The translations under genes and the position numbers were made by a program. The notes beneath the pieces were generated by a model. That model was given only the letters and a program-made list of their open reading frames with translations. It ran no database searches and was not told the origin of the DNA. Below are positions 21,698 to 32,338 of a stretch of 64,000 nucleotides of DNA, in pieces; position 1 is the stretch's first letter; each line of letters begins with the position of its first letter. Source of the DNA: an uncultured delta proteobacterium (GTDB lineage Bacteria > Myxococcota_A > Polyangia > Polyangiales > JAFGIB01); assembly GCA_963778655.1 (NCBI GenBank), contig CAVZVA010000010.1, forward strand, positions 544,001 through 608,000, written 5' to 3'.

Positions 21698-22372
21698 CTA
21701 CTCGTACACCACCAGGTCGCGGACGTCGGTGGTCTCGGCGAAGCGCACCTGCCAGCGGCAATCGGGGTCGCCAAGGCCGCGGCAGCTCAGGCGCTCGACC
21801 CAGGTACCGGGGCTAGTCGAGCGCAGCACGTGGGTGAGGTAGCCGGTGCTCACGGCGCACAGCTCGGCACACGCGGGAAACTCCTGCAGCGTGACCTCGA
21901 GCGTGCGCTCGCCGCGCCGCTTGACCGTATAATAGCCGCGCGAGTAGTAGCGCTCGCGCAGATGCAGCGCGCGTCGCACCAGGCTCGCCAGCCCGGTCAC
22001 GCCTTTGAACGCGCCCTGAAGCGTGCCGGTGACGGTCGGCCGCTGCTCGCGCGGGACGTTGGGCAGCTCGCCGAACACATCGCGCTGCGCCGCGATCACC
22101 CCGAACGCGCGGTACACATCGCCCTTGGCCTTGGCCGGGTCGATGGTCGACGCCAGCACCTTCAGCAGCGCCAGGTAGTCCTCGAACGGATACCAGGCCT
22201 CCAGGTCGATCGCGACGCGCAGATAGTGCCGCAACGGCTCGGGCACCAGCGAATTGGACTTCGCGAAGCTCGGCCGGAGGGCAGCTAGGGCGCCTTCGAG
22301 CGCAATGCCTTTGACCTTGACTTGGCCGGCGGCGGACAACGCATTTAGGATACCAAGTGGCTCAGCCCGCAA
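21698..22372 (-). CDS. Hypothetical protein (myxobacterial V4R/TIGR02265-like)
   Basis: VKG...WYP and SCRGLGDPDCRW pattern; start uncertain. Confidence 0.55.
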   Translation of the reverse strand: MRAEPLGILNALSAAGQVKVKGIALEGALAALRPSFAKSNSLVPEPLRHYLRVAIDLEAWYPFEDYLALLKVLASTIDPAKAKGDVYRAFGVIAAQRDVFGELPNVPREQRPTVTGTLQGAFKGVTGLASLVRRALHLRERYYSRGYYTVKRRGERTLEVTLQEFPACAELCAVSTGYLTHVLRSTSPGTWVERLSCRGLGDPDCRWQVRFAETTDVRDLVVYE

Positions 22373-22490
22373 CCACCCGAGTTGTAGGCTAGCTCACCAC
22401 ACACAGGGGTTGAGCGCCGCCTACAGCGGCCCCTGCACCGGAGCATCACGTCGACGCGCGCCCCGCGATCGCCGCGCAGCCGCAGCGATC

Positions 22491-22883
22491 TCAAGCTTCG
22501 TAGAACATCGGGTCACGCACGGTCAGGAAGCGCCGCACCGCTTCGGTCTGCTCCGCGTCGAGGGCGTGAAACTGCACGCCCATGCCCGGCTGCGTGTCGC
22601 TCTCGAGATCGCGCGGGTCGCGCACCCAGCGCACCACCGCCGTGGCGCGGAACTCGTAGCCATCCGGCAGCGTGAGCGTGAGCGCAAGCTCGCTGCCGAT
22701 CTCCTGCAGCTTGTAGGTCGCCACGAACAGCCCGCCCTCGGAGATGTCCTCGGTCAAGCCGGTGTAGAAGTTGGTGTCGCTCTGCAATCCCACCTCGACG
22801 CACAGGCCGACACGGGGGCTCAGGCGGCGCTCCGCGGGATGGGGGAGGCGCTCGGTGTGGTTGCTTGGGGTGGCTTCGGACAT
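22491..22883 (-). CDS. PilZ domain protein (TIGR02266-like)
   Basis: RRLSPR, NFYTGLTEDISEGGLF and PGMGVQF motifs. Confidence 0.9.
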   Translation of the reverse strand: MSEATPSNHTERLPHPAERRLSPRVGLCVEVGLQSDTNFYTGLTEDISEGGLFVATYKLQEIGSELALTLTLPDGYEFRATAVVRWVRDPRDLESDTQPGMGVQFHALDAEQTEAVRRFLTVRDPMFYEA

Positions 22884-23050
22884 GGGGTGTTTCTCTCCTC
22901 GGCCGGGAGAGCCTTGCAGGGATCGGGCCAAGCGCGCTCACGCCCAGCGATCCACGCATTTTGCGGCCGCACGCACGCGGGCGGGTCCGGCGGCGGGAAA
23001 TCGCAGGTCGCGCAGCCCACAGCCGGTGGTGAAAAGCGCGCCCGGCCGAA

Positions 23051-24115
23051 TCACTCTGCGCCGGGGTCGTCGTCCAGCGAATCCGGCTGGCCCTCGGAGT
23101 CGGGCTGATCCTGCGATTCGGAGCCCGGCTGCGCCGCTGAGCCCGGCTGCGCCGCTGAGCCCGGCTGCGCCGCTGAGCCCGGCTGCGCCTCCGAGCCCGG
23201 CTGCGCTTCCGGCACCGGCTGCTCCGCTGGCGCGGGCTGCGCCGCCGCATCGCGCGGCTTGATGAAGCGCAGCGTCATGCGGTCGCTCTCGCCGATCGCG
23301 AGATACTTGTCGCGGTCCTTGTCACCGAGCCGCAAGGTCGGCGGCAAGGTCCACACGCCTTCGGGATAGTCCTTGGTGTCCTTGGGATTGGCGTTGACCT
23401 CGGAGCGCGCGTCGAGCTTGAAGCCTGCCATCTGCGCCATCGCCATCACGTACGACTCCGGCAGGTAGCCGGTCTTGGCGCTCTCCACCGGATCGACATG
23501 CTCCTTGCCGCGGTGCTCGACCACGCCCAGCACGCCGCCCGGCTTGAGCACCTCGAAGGCAGCGCGGAACACGTCGTCGAGCGCGCCGCGGGCCGCCCAG
23601 TTGTGCGCATTGCGGAACGTCAGCACCATGTCGGCGGAGCCGGGCGCACCGAGCTCGATCTTGTCGGGCGGCTCGAGCGTGGCGGCCTCGGGGTGGCCGT
23701 AGTAGTCGGCGTGCTCGCCCAGCCGCGCGAGGAGCTCGCCCAGCGGGTGCTCGCCCTTGGTGCTGCCCGCGACCACCAGCTTGCCGTGATCGCGCAGCAC
23801 AGGCGCCAGCACCTCGGTGTACCAGCCGCCTCCGGGCGAGAGCTCCACCACGGTCATGTCCGGCCGCAAGCCGAAGAAGCTCAGCGTCTCGACCGGATGG
23901 CGATAGCGGTTGCGCGCGATGTTCTCGGGCAGGCGGTGGCTGTCTTGCATCGCCGCCGTGACCGCGACGCGCAGCTGCGCGTCGGCATCGTTGGCGGCGC
24001 TGGTACCCGCCGGAGCAGTGGCTGCCGGAGGCGCCTGGGTACCGGCCGTCGCACACGCCGGCGCCAGCCAACACAACACCACGGCAATCGCTCGATTCCT
24101 TGGGAAGCTCGACAT
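23051..24115 (-). CDS. Periplasmic class I SAM-dependent methyltransferase with C-terminal AQPGSA repeats
   Basis: RHPVETLSFFG, PGGGWYT, FRNAHNW and GESDRMTLRF motifs; signal peptide. Confidence 0.85.
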   Translation of the reverse strand: MSSFPRNRAIAVVLCWLAPACATAGTQAPPAATAPAGTSAANDADAQLRVAVTAAMQDSHRLPENIARNRYRHPVETLSFFGLRPDMTVVELSPGGGWYTEVLAPVLRDHGKLVVAGSTKGEHPLGELLARLGEHADYYGHPEAATLEPPDKIELGAPGSADMVLTFRNAHNWAARGALDDVFRAAFEVLKPGGVLGVVEHRGKEHVDPVESAKTGYLPESYVMAMAQMAGFKLDARSEVNANPKDTKDYPEGVWTLPPTLRLGDKDRDKYLAIGESDRMTLRFIKPRDAAAQPAPAEQPVPEAQPGSEAQPGSAAQPGSAAQPGSAAQPGSESQDQPDSEGQPDSLDDDPGAE

Positions 24116-24206
24116 GGCTGCTGTCGTGGCACGACGGGCCGTCCGGAGCAAGCGCCGACGGGGCAGGCGGTAGGCGCGCGCCGCGCCGGCGGGCTATCCT
24201 GGCTGC

Positions 24207-24566
24207 GTGCCCGAAGCGCTTTGGGTGGTCGGCTTGCTGCTGCTGTTCGGCGCAGTGGGCGCCGCGCGCCTGGTGGCGTGGACCACCCTGCTGGCCGCCG
24301 GCAACTCGCTCATGCTCGGCAGCGCCGCGCTCGGCGTACCGCTCGAGCTCTTGTACTACGCCCTGCTGGCGGCAACGCTGAGCTGGAACGGCACGCGGCC
24401 GCGAGGCTGGTACTGGCGGCCGTTCGAGCACCACCACCTGCTCGGCCGCGGGCAGAAGTTGCTGGTGCTGCCGTGGTTCTTCGCCGGCGCGCTGAGCTTT
24501 CTGGCCATCGTGCTCGGCATCGCCGTCACCCTGCTCGGCATGGTCGCCGCCGCCATCCAGCATTGA
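24207..24566 (+). CDS. Small membrane protein
   Basis: Hydrophobic 119 aa ORF filling an intergenic gap. Confidence 0.6.
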   Translation: MPEALWVVGLLLLFGAVGAARLVAWTTLLAAGNSLMLGSAALGVPLELLYYALLAATLSWNGTRPRGWYWRPFEHHHLLGRGQKLLVLPWFFAGALSFLAIVLGIAVTLLGMVAAAIQH

Positions 24567-24610
24567 GGTGTGGCTTGCGGAGCGGCAGCGACGCGCGCCA
24601 TGCTCCGTGC

Positions 24611-25132
24611 GTGCGACTCGACGCCGAACGCAGCGCGCTCACCATCCGCACCCGCGCCGAGGGACTGCTGGCCCGGGTGGCGCACGACCTCGAGCTGCGC
24701 GCGGGCACGCTGGCTGGCGACTTCGAAGGCGACAGCGGCCGGGTGCGGGTGCCGATCGCGGGCCTGCGCGTGGTGGGCGCGGTCAAGCGCGGCGCGCTGC
24801 ACGAGGGTGCGCTGTCGGCGAGCGACAAGGCCGAGATCGAGCGCCGCATCCGCGAGGTGGTGCTGGCCGGCAGCGACGAGGTCCACGTGGACGTGACACT
24901 GACCGGCACGCGCGCGAGCTTGCGCGTGCACGCGCCGCGCGGGACGCAGCAGCTCGAGTGCGAGGTGCAGCGCGAGGACGCGGGTTCGGCGGACCGCGGC
25001 GGCGTGCGCGTGCGCGGGCGCTGTGCGCTCTCGCTCGCAGCGCTCGGCGTCGCTCCGATCAAGCTGCCGCTCGGGGCCGGCCGCGTGGCCGACGCGGTGG
25101 AGGTGCGCTTCGAGGCGCAGCTCGTGCCGTAG
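24611..25132 (+). CDS. YceI-like protein
   Basis: GLLARVAHDLELRA N-terminal motif and LGVAP...V C-terminal motif. Confidence 0.6.
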   Translation: MRLDAERSALTIRTRAEGLLARVAHDLELRAGTLAGDFEGDSGRVRVPIAGLRVVGAVKRGALHEGALSASDKAEIERRIREVVLAGSDEVHVDVTLTGTRASLRVHAPRGTQQLECEVQREDAGSADRGGVRVRGRCALSLAALGVAPIKLPLGAGRVADAVEVRFEAQLVP

Positions 25133-25220
25133 CGGCGGCGGCGCGCGCGCTGGCGGCCTCCAGCTTGCTCCGTTGCGCGCGCCATTCCATCATAGCCGCC
25201 TGCTCGGGTCGGTCGCTCGG

Positions 25221-26504
25221 ATGTCTGTCCACAAGAAGTTGCCCGTCGGACGCCTCGGCCGCCTGGCGAAGCTGGCGCGGGTCGGTGCGCGCACCGGCGC
25301 CAGCCTGCTGCTGTCGCGCGACGGCTCGGGTGCGGCGGACCAGGCGGCCGAGATCTTGGGCTCGCTGCGGGGGCTGGCGGCCAAGGTCGGCCAGATGGCG
25401 AGCTACGTCGACGGCGTGGTGCCGGAGGAGCACCGCGAGGCGTACGAGACCGCGCTGCGCGGGCTGCGCGCGGCGGCGCCCACCTCCTCGCCCGAGGCGA
25501 TCGCGAGCGTGGTCGAGCGCGAGCTGGGCGCGAAGGTCGAGCAGCTGTTTGCGGCCTGGGAGTCGCAACCGATGGCCAGCGCGTCGATCGGCCAGGTACA
25601 CCGCGCACGCCTGCACGACGGGCGCGAGGTAGCGGTCAAGGTGCAGCACCCCGGCATCGAGCGCGCGATCGACAGCGACCTGCGCAACGCCGGCGTGCTC
25701 GAGGCGATGATCGGCGCGCTCGGCCCGCGCGCGCTCAACTCCAAACAGATGTACGACGAGGTCGCGGCCCGCTTCCGCGAGGAGCTCGATTACCAGCTCG
25801 AGGCCGAGCGCCAGCGCCTGTTCGGCGAGCTGCACCGCGGCGATCCGCAAATCCGTATTCCTCAGGTGATCACCGAGCACAGCAGCCGCCGTGTGCTCAC
25901 CACCGAGTTGGTGCACGGGCGGAGCCTGGAGCAGGCGGTGCTCGCGGACGAGGCGCTGCGGCGCAGCTACTGCGAGGTGCTGTGGCGCTTCGTGTACAAG
26001 GGCAACCTGGTGGGCGGCATGTTCAACGCCGACCCGCACCCGGGCAACTACCTGTTCGGCGAGGACGGCACGATCGCGTTTCTGGACTTCGGCTGCGTGC
26101 AACCGATCGCGGAGCCTCGGCTCGGCCACGCGCGCGCAATGCATCGCGCCGCGCGGCGGCGCGACGAGCAGGCGTTCCAGACCAGCACGATCGCGCTGAC
26201 GCAGACCCGCGGCGGCGCGTACGAGGCGACCGTGCTGCGCTACGTGCGACGCTGCTTCGAGCCGCTGTTCGGCGCGCCGTTCCGCGTCACGCGCCCGTAC
26301 GTGACCGAGCTGGTGCAAGGCGTCAAGGAGCTCAAGGCACACGTGCTGCCGGGCAGCGACGGCAGCCTGCAGCCGATGCCGGCAGGCATGGTGTTCATGA
26401 ACCGGTTGCAGTTTGGCTTCTTCTCGGTGCTGGCGCGGCTCGACGTGGAGGCCGACTACGCCGCGGTCGAGGAGCACTTCTTGCGCGAGGCGGGGTTGGG
26501 CTGA
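25221..26504 (+). CDS. ABC1/UbiB (AarF) atypical kinase
   Basis: KVGQ, ASIGQVHRA, VAVKVQHP, ADPHPGN and LDFG motifs. Confidence 0.93.
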   Translation: MSVHKKLPVGRLGRLAKLARVGARTGASLLLSRDGSGAADQAAEILGSLRGLAAKVGQMASYVDGVVPEEHREAYETALRGLRAAAPTSSPEAIASVVERELGAKVEQLFAAWESQPMASASIGQVHRARLHDGREVAVKVQHPGIERAIDSDLRNAGVLEAMIGALGPRALNSKQMYDEVAARFREELDYQLEAERQRLFGELHRGDPQIRIPQVITEHSSRRVLTTELVHGRSLEQAVLADEALRRSYCEVLWRFVYKGNLVGGMFNADPHPGNYLFGEDGTIAFLDFGCVQPIAEPRLGHARAMHRAARRRDEQAFQTSTIALTQTRGGAYEATVLRYVRRCFEPLFGAPFRVTRPYVTELVQGVKELKAHVLPGSDGSLQPMPAGMVFMNRLQFGFFSVLARLDVEADYAAVEEHFLREAGLG

Positions 26505-26543
26505 GGGGTCGTGCCAGGCAGCGTGTTGCGGCGAGGGCCGCGC

Positions 26544-27095
26544 TCAGGTGCGGCCGGCGGCCGCTTGCCGCAGCACCTCGAGCGTGGCGGCGTCGTACGC
26601 GATCAGCACGACGCGCGAAGCGGATTGCGCGGCTTCCAGATGCCGGCGCACCTGCTGCACGGCGATCGAGGCGGCCCGATCCACGGGAAAGCCGTACACG
26701 CCGCAGCTGATCGCCGGAAACGCGATCGACTGCAGCGCGTGCGCCTCGGCGAGCTCGAGGCAGGCGCGGTAGCAGGCGGCGAGCAACGCGTCCTCGCGCG
26801 CGCCGCCGCCCCGCCACACCGGACCGACGGTGTGGATCACGTGCTTGGCCGGCAGCTCGAAGCCAGGCGTGATGTGCGCCTCGCCGGTGGGACAGCGCAC
26901 GCCGGGTCGGATCTCGGGCAGCGCGCGGCAGGCCGCGAGCAGCTGCGGCCCGGCCGCGCGGTGAATCGCGCCGTCGACGCCGCCCCCGCCGAGCATGCGC
27001 TCGTTGGCGGCGTTGACGATCGCGTCGAGCTGAAGGCGCGTGATGTCGCCGTGCTGAACGCTCAAGCCGGGTGTTGCGATCTCGGTCGCGGGCAT
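26544..27095 (-). CDS. Macro domain O-acetyl-ADP-ribose deacetylase (YmdB-like)
   Basis: [25 protein letters not shown] and [11 protein letters not shown] motifs. Confidence 0.93.
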   Translation of the reverse strand: MPATEIATPGLSVQHGDITRLQLDAIVNAANERMLGGGGVDGAIHRAAGPQLLAACRALPEIRPGVRCPTGEAHITPGFELPAKHVIHTVGPVWRGGGAREDALLAACYRACLELAEAHALQSIAFPAISCGVYGFPVDRAASIAVQQVRRHLEAAQSASRVVLIAYDAATLEVLRQAAAGRT

Positions 27096-27102
27096 GGCTA
27101 CT

Positions 27103-27981
27103 TCAAGCCGAGCGGCGCTGGCCGAGGCCGGCGCGCTGCTCCGCCAGGGTCACTGCGTTCTGCAGCAGCATCGCCACCGTGGTCACGCCCACTCCGCCCA
27201 GTCGGGGCGTGATCCACCCTGCCACCTCGCCGACCGCCTCGCAAACGTCGGGCAACAGCGTGCGACCACGCCAGGAGATACCGCCGCTGATGACGACGGC
27301 GCCCGGGGCAACCATATCGGGCGCCACGATGTCAGGGCGGCCGGCGGCCGCGATCACCACGTCGGCTGCGCGCGTGTATGCCGCGAGGTCGGGCACGGCT
27401 GAATGAACCACCGTGACCGCGGCGTTGCCCCCCGCGCGCTTCAGCGTGAGCAGCAGCGCGAGCGGTCGCCCCAGCGTTGGCCCGCGGCCGATGATGACCA
27501 CACGGCGACCCCCGATGTTGATGCCGTAGTGCTGCAACATCGCGCAGATGCCGGCAGGCGTAGCCGGGATCGGCCCTGGCTCCTGCAGCACCAGCCGGCC
27601 GAGGCTCATCGGGTGCAGCCCGTCGGCGTCCTTGGCGGAGTCCATGCGCAGCATCGCCTGGTTGAAGTCGAAGCCCGCCGGAAGCGGGTGCTGGATCAGG
27701 TAACCATCCACGGCGTTGTCTGCGTTGAACCGGTCGACGGCGTCGAGCAGCACCGCCTGGGTGGCGTCCGCCGGCACCTGGCAGTGGTGAGAGACCATGC
27801 CGACTGATTCGCAGGCTTCGTGCTTCTTGCGCACGTAGCCGGCGCTGGGCTTGTCGTCACCCACCAAGATCGTGCCGAGCCCGACGGACTTTCCGCGCTC
27901 GGCCAGCGCCGCGACGCGCTGCTCGACATCACGCAGGACCGCGTCGGCGACGGGCCCGCCTTGAAGTAGCTTGGCAACCAT
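27103..27981 (-). CDS. folD: Methylenetetrahydrofolate dehydrogenase/cyclohydrolase
   Basis: [24 protein letters not shown] and GGVG motifs. Confidence 0.93.
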   Translation of the reverse strand: MVAKLLQGGPVADAVLRDVEQRVAALAERGKSVGLGTILVGDDKPSAGYVRKKHEACESVGMVSHHCQVPADATQAVLLDAVDRFNADNAVDGYLIQHPLPAGFDFNQAMLRMDSAKDADGLHPMSLGRLVLQEPGPIPATPAGICAMLQHYGINIGGRRVVIIGRGPTLGRPLALLLTLKRAGGNAAVTVVHSAVPDLAAYTRAADVVIAAAGRPDIVAPDMVAPGAVVISGGISWRGRTLLPDVCEAVGEVAGWITPRLGGVGVTTVAMLLQNAVTLAEQRAGLGQRRSA

Positions 27982-28002
27982 GGGCACCTCCATTGCGGTT
28001 GG

Positions 28003-28080
28003 ATGCCCAGGCGCACGGCGGTTGTGAACGCCTTCGGCTCCCCGGTGGTTCTCCACCTGCAAGCGCCAGTCACCGAAAGC
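28003..28080 (-). ncRNA. ZMP/ZTP (pfl) riboswitch
   Basis: GTGACTGGCG...GGTGG-agaa-CCACC-GGGGAG...GCCGTGCGCCTGGGCA directly upstream of folD. Confidence 0.88.
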
Positions 28081-28438
28081 GCGAGGAAGCTAGCACAGCG
28101 GTCTGGCGCCGTCGACGCGCCCGCGAACGTCGCGCCCGCCCGCACCGGGGTCGTCGCCGATCTCGAAGGTACCCAGCGCGGGGGCATCGCATCTTCCAGT
28201 CCTCCTCCACCGCAGTGCCTGGTCGCACTATGAGGGCAACCGCCTCCCGGGGGCCGCCGGCTCGGGGGTCCGGGACGAGGCGATCGTTCATGTTGGGGAG
28301 GCGGGCCCTGGCGCGATTCGCCACCGGTCCCATGGACCAGCCGTGGCACTTTCGACAGGCCATGCACCACGGTGCAAGGTTCGGGGTAGGCGCGAGAGTT
28401 TGCGCGCAGTAGGGTCGTATCCGGACGAGGTGGGACCT

Positions 28439-29641
28439 ATGTCGTGGAATCGTGGTTGGGTTGCTGTATTTCCACATGCGATCGCGGCGGGCGCCCTTGC
28501 GGCGTTGTGCACGTCCTTGACAGCATGCGCCGCGGACGCAGCTTCGTCTGATCCCAGCATGAGAGGGATCGTCGGTTCGCCGATTGCTGGCGGGTCGGGC
28601 GGCGCACCCGGGGGAACGGGCGGCCAGGAAGCGGCCTTGCTTCCGATGGCGACCGGCGGCGGCGCGTCGCCGGGCACCGGCGGCAACGCGCCAACCGCGA
28701 TGATGATGAATGGCGGCTCGGGTGGCGCGACGACCAACGGAATTGCGGGTCAGCCTGGTCCGATGACCGGAGCGGGCGGTACTGGCGGCATGATGAGCAG
28801 CGGCGGCACGGGTGGAAGCATGTCGCCCGCGCCCATGGGTGACATCTGCGCGCGATGGAAGTCCGACCGTGCGGATCTCTCTGAAGGCACGTGGAGCGGC
28901 AACGCCGCTTCGTGCGACGCGGGTGACATGACCGCTGCGGCACGCCAGAACGCGTACCGACTCCACAGCTTGTATCGCTTCATGGCAGGGCTCGAGCCGG
29001 TGCAAATGACCGACGAATACAACCGACTCGCGCAAGACTGTGCGCTGCTCATGACTGCCAACGGCATGATCTCGCACATGCCCGACTCATCATGGAAGTG
29101 CTACACGGCCGAAGCGGCCATGACGGCAAACAGCTCGAGCTTGTCGGGCGGCGGTGGAGCCGTCTCCAGCGTCGACGGCTACATGATCGATCCCGGCAAT
29201 CCGACCTCGCTCGGTCACCGCCGCTGGATCCTCTCGAACATGCTTGCGGGCGTCGGGTTCGGCTCCACGGGCATGTTCTCGTGCCAGTATCAGCCGCCCA
29301 CGCGACCGGCGGCCGGCGCGAAACCATGGACCGCCTGGCCTCCGCCGGGAGAGATCCCGATCCAAGCCTTCAGCTCGGGCTTCTTCGCCATGCTCGACCA
29401 AACCGGCTGGAGCGTGCAGAGCGACACCATCGACCTCACCAACGCGCAGGTCAAAGTCACGCTCGACGGCATGGACCAAGCCGTCAGCGTGACGCAGCTA
29501 GGTAGCGGATATGGTTCGGTCTTCGCGATGCGCTTCAACCCGATGGGCTGGACTACCGCGGCCGGGAAGACCTATCACGTCGCGATCACTGGCTCGTCGA
29601 TGCCGATCGAGTACGACGTGCAAGTGGTCGACTGTCCGTAG
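28439..29641 (+). CDS. CAP/SCP-domain lipoprotein with Gly/Met-rich linker
   Basis: LTAC lipobox; LYRFMAGL, ISH and SLGHRRWIL motifs. Confidence 0.75.
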   Translation: MSWNRGWVAVFPHAIAAGALAALCTSLTACAADAASSDPSMRGIVGSPIAGGSGGAPGGTGGQEAALLPMATGGGASPGTGGNAPTAMMMNGGSGGATTNGIAGQPGPMTGAGGTGGMMSSGGTGGSMSPAPMGDICARWKSDRADLSEGTWSGNAASCDAGDMTAAARQNAYRLHSLYRFMAGLEPVQMTDEYNRLAQDCALLMTANGMISHMPDSSWKCYTAEAAMTANSSSLSGGGGAVSSVDGYMIDPGNPTSLGHRRWILSNMLAGVGFGSTGMFSCQYQPPTRPAAGAKPWTAWPPPGEIPIQAFSSGFFAMLDQTGWSVQSDTIDLTNAQVKVTLDGMDQAVSVTQLGSGYGSVFAMRFNPMGWTTAAGKTYHVAITGSSMPIEYDVQVVDCP

Positions 29642-29983
29642 CGCCCGGCGCACGCAGCTCAACGGGTCGCGCCGCAGCGACCACTCGCGCTTGATGGTCA
29701 TGGTGTCGCGGGTCGCCGCGCGCCGAAGCCAGGTCATCGCCGGCCGCCTGCCGACGACTGGCGTCGCGTTCACGGACGAGACGCCTTAGTTTAGTTAACC
29801 CGCCTCTACTGTCGACGTGTGAGCTCAGGTTGGAGACGATCGCGAGGTTCCGCGGGATTCCAGCCGCGCGGCGCGCGGCCGAACGCCGCCGCCGAGGTCG
29901 CAGCGTTTCAACCACCGCGCGGGATCCGGTAGAGTGCGGCAGTGAACGGGGGTCCGGGGCTTGCGTCAGGTTCCGCCAAAGTG

Positions 29984-30559
29984 ATGAACAAGAGACACAC
30001 TATTGCGGCGATAGTCGCGGTCCTACTTGCGTTCGGTTGCGGCAACGAAAACCCACACCGAAGGGGCAAAGGCGGCGACGCCTCCGACAGCGGCAATCCT
30101 GACGCTTCCGACAGCGGCAATCCTCCCGACGTCCCTTCGCGCCAAACCGTCACGATCGAGGTCCACAACGATTTATCGCTGAAAGACGCGCTCTTGAACA
30201 CGGCCGGCAACAATTGCACGCCCTTTGAGATAGAACAGCATGTAGGAGCGGATTGGAAGCCGCTGGTGCTCGAAGTCAAGTATGTGGTCTGGACCTGCGG
30301 TGGCACGTTGAGTCCGGACATATCGAACACGTGCCCGGCGCTTGTGGCTCGTCTGACGCCCGGAGGCATTGCTCGGCTTACCTGGGATGCACGGGCGGCA
30401 TCGGTCTACGAAGTTCCGATATGCGATTCGAGTGCCCAGACCAACCTCCGAACTTCCTTGTCTCCGGTCTCGGCGGGTGAATTTCGCGTAGGCGTGGGTT
30501 TCTATCCGCGCCCGGCAGGCTCGGATCTATTGTATTGCGACTATATTTGGCTCTCCTGA
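29984..30559 (+). CDS. Hypothetical lipoprotein (possibly 3'-truncated cassette gene)
   Basis: AFGC lipobox, 24-bp tandem duplication (DASDSGNP x2); abuts a truncated TA copy. Confidence 0.55.
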   Translation: MNKRHTIAAIVAVLLAFGCGNENPHRRGKGGDASDSGNPDASDSGNPPDVPSRQTVTIEVHNDLSLKDALLNTAGNNCTPFEIEQHVGADWKPLVLEVKYVVWTCGGTLSPDISNTCPALVARLTPGGIARLTWDARAASVYEVPICDSSAQTNLRTSLSPVSAGEFRVGVGFYPRPAGSDLLYCDYIWLS

Positions 30560-30562
30560 CGC

Positions 30563-30747
30563 ACCTCGAACGCGAGCTCGACCGAGCCTGCGCGCATACC
30601 GGTCGAACCCGCAGCGAGCTCGCAAGGGAAGCTCTCCGCAGGCAACTCGCCTCGCTTCGATTCGAGCGGCTGCGCAAGAAGGTTCTGCCTCTCGCGGAAG
30701 CGCAGGGCTACGTGACGGACGAAGACGTCTTTCGCGACGTTTCGTGA
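30563..30747 (+). pseudogene. 5'-truncated CopG/RHH antitoxin
   Basis: Matches 37592-37776 but lacks the promoter and first ~12 codons. Confidence 0.8.
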
Positions 30748-31157
30748 AGGTCTTTTTCGACACCAACGTGCTGATCGCAGCGTTCGCGACCCGGGGTCTT
30801 TGCGCGGATCTGTTCTCGCACGTCCTGCGTGAGCACGAGGTGCTCGTCGGAGAGGTCGTGCTCCACGAGCTGCGCGACAAGCTGCGAACGAAGTTCAAGC
30901 TCCCGAGGAAGTCCATTGACGAAATCGAGGCGCTGCTTCGCGACTGCACCGTCGTACGACGGCCGAGGAAGCAGCTCGCGCTGAAGATCACGGACCCGGA
31001 CGACGAATGGGTCGTCGCATCGGCGGTCGAGGGAGGCGCAGATGCCCTCGTGACGGGCGACGCCGCCGTCCCGAAGGTCGCAAAGCGAGCACCGCTCCGA
31101 ATCGTGAACCCGCGAGGACTCTGGGAGATCCTGAGAGGTTCGACAACGAAGCGTTGA
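30744..31157 (+). CDS. PIN-domain toxin (copy 2)
   Basis: FFDTNVL, DPDDEW and LVTGD motifs; near-identical to 37773-38186. Confidence 0.9.
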   Translation: MKVFFDTNVLIAAFATRGLCADLFSHVLREHEVLVGEVVLHELRDKLRTKFKLPRKSIDEIEALLRDCTVVRRPRKQLALKITDPDDEWVVASAVEGGADALVTGDAAVPKVAKRAPLRIVNPRGLWEILRGSTTKR

Positions 31158-31166
31158 CGCCAGTCG

Positions 31167-31322
31167 GCCCAACGGACATGGCGTTCAGCTGCAAGGCCGC
31201 GCCACCCCAACCTGAGCCTGCGGGCCCCAGTCCGCGGGCGGCAGAGCGCCGAGAGTCGCCGGGAGCTCTCCGAACATCAAGACGCCACCTGCGCGGTCTT
31301 GACAGGCAGCCGGTTGTTGGGC
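31167..31322 (-). other. attC site (degenerate L'')
   Basis: gcccaac...gttcagctgcaagg / gttgggc arms. Confidence 0.75.
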
Positions 31323-31385
31323 ATCCGCGGGCAAGCCCTCACAGCTATCGAATTCGGCTCGAGCGCGCGCTACAAGGTAGAAGTT

Positions 31386-32105
31386 GTGAGCGCCAACGTC
31401 GCCACCGAGATGACCGATGCGGACTTCCCGTGGGCCGCACAGTTGATGCAGCGCCGCCGGGAGCGCTACGCGCAGTATTCACCGGTTTTCTGGCGACCGA
31501 GACAGGGAGTCGGCGAGTTGCATGCGCAGTTCCTCCGATTCAGCGGTACGCGTCCAGGCGCGGTAGCACTGCGCACCGAGCATGGATTCATCATAGCCGG
31601 CCCGAACCAGAGCCGCTGCTTCGTCGACGACTTCGCGGTCGACGACGACACGTTCTGGGCCAGCGAAGGCCGAGAGCTGTTGTTGTCCGCCTGGCGGCGC
31701 GCCCGCTCGGATGTCCAGAACGCGCTGCGCGTGGTGGTTGCGCGACGCGATGTGCCGAAACGCCAAATGCTGGTTGACCTGGGTTTCACTACCAACGCGC
31801 GCTGGTGGATCAAGGAACTCGCCCCGAGAGCAGAGGTCCAACCGCTGGGAGCGATTTCGGTTGCGGGCAACGCCGGTTTGCTGCTCGCCGCGCCGCCTGT
31901 CTACGACCCGGGCGGGCCGGTCTGCCTGCTCAGCGGACTCGTTCCAGGCACGGCGACAACCGCAGGCGAGCAAGCCGCGCGCGCAGGCGCCGTGCTCATC
32001 ATCGTGCAACGGGAAGGCGGCGAGGAGGCGGTTCCTTCTTCCGAGCCGGAGCTCGAGGCGGCCGGCTACCATAATCCCTCCGAGTTCTACCAGGGACGGC
32101 CGTAG
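31386..32105 (+). CDS. Cassette hypothetical protein (possibly GNAT-like), inverted relative to the array
   Basis: Single ORF filling the cassette; PPVYDPGGP and VDDF motifs. Confidence 0.6.
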   Translation: MSANVATEMTDADFPWAAQLMQRRRERYAQYSPVFWRPRQGVGELHAQFLRFSGTRPGAVALRTEHGFIIAGPNQSRCFVDDFAVDDDTFWASEGRELLLSAWRRARSDVQNALRVVVARRDVPKRQMLVDLGFTTNARWWIKELAPRAEVQPLGAISVAGNAGLLLAAPPVYDPGGPVCLLSGLVPGTATTAGEQAARAGAVLIIVQREGGEEAVPSSEPELEAAGYHNPSEFYQGRP

Positions 32106-32171
32106 CGTAAGGAATACACCTCCCGCTCCGCGTCGCGCATCAGGGCCACGGGCAAGGCGAGTCTTCGGCAT

Positions 32172-32338
32172 GCCCAACGGCCCTCGGCTTCAGCTGCGAG
32201 GCCCGCGGTGAGCTTGCCCCCGCCGAGGCCGCGGGCCCGCGATTTCCATGCAGTTTATCACGCCGTCATGGGCCCGCGTACGCCAACCTCTCCGCACACC
32301 ACATGGCGGGGCTCGTCAGCTGCAAGCCGTAGTTAGCC
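32172..32338 (-). other. attC site
   Basis: gcccaac-cttcagctgcgag / ctcgtcagctgcaag-gttagcc. Confidence 0.88.

Noticed and set aside
23090..23215. 18-bp tandem repeats
   Set aside because: In-frame coding repeats (AQPGSA) in a disordered protein tail
29657..29800. Terminal degenerate attC (gctcaac...gttaacc)
   Set aside because: Position and length fit, but L boxes and arm pairing are not convincing
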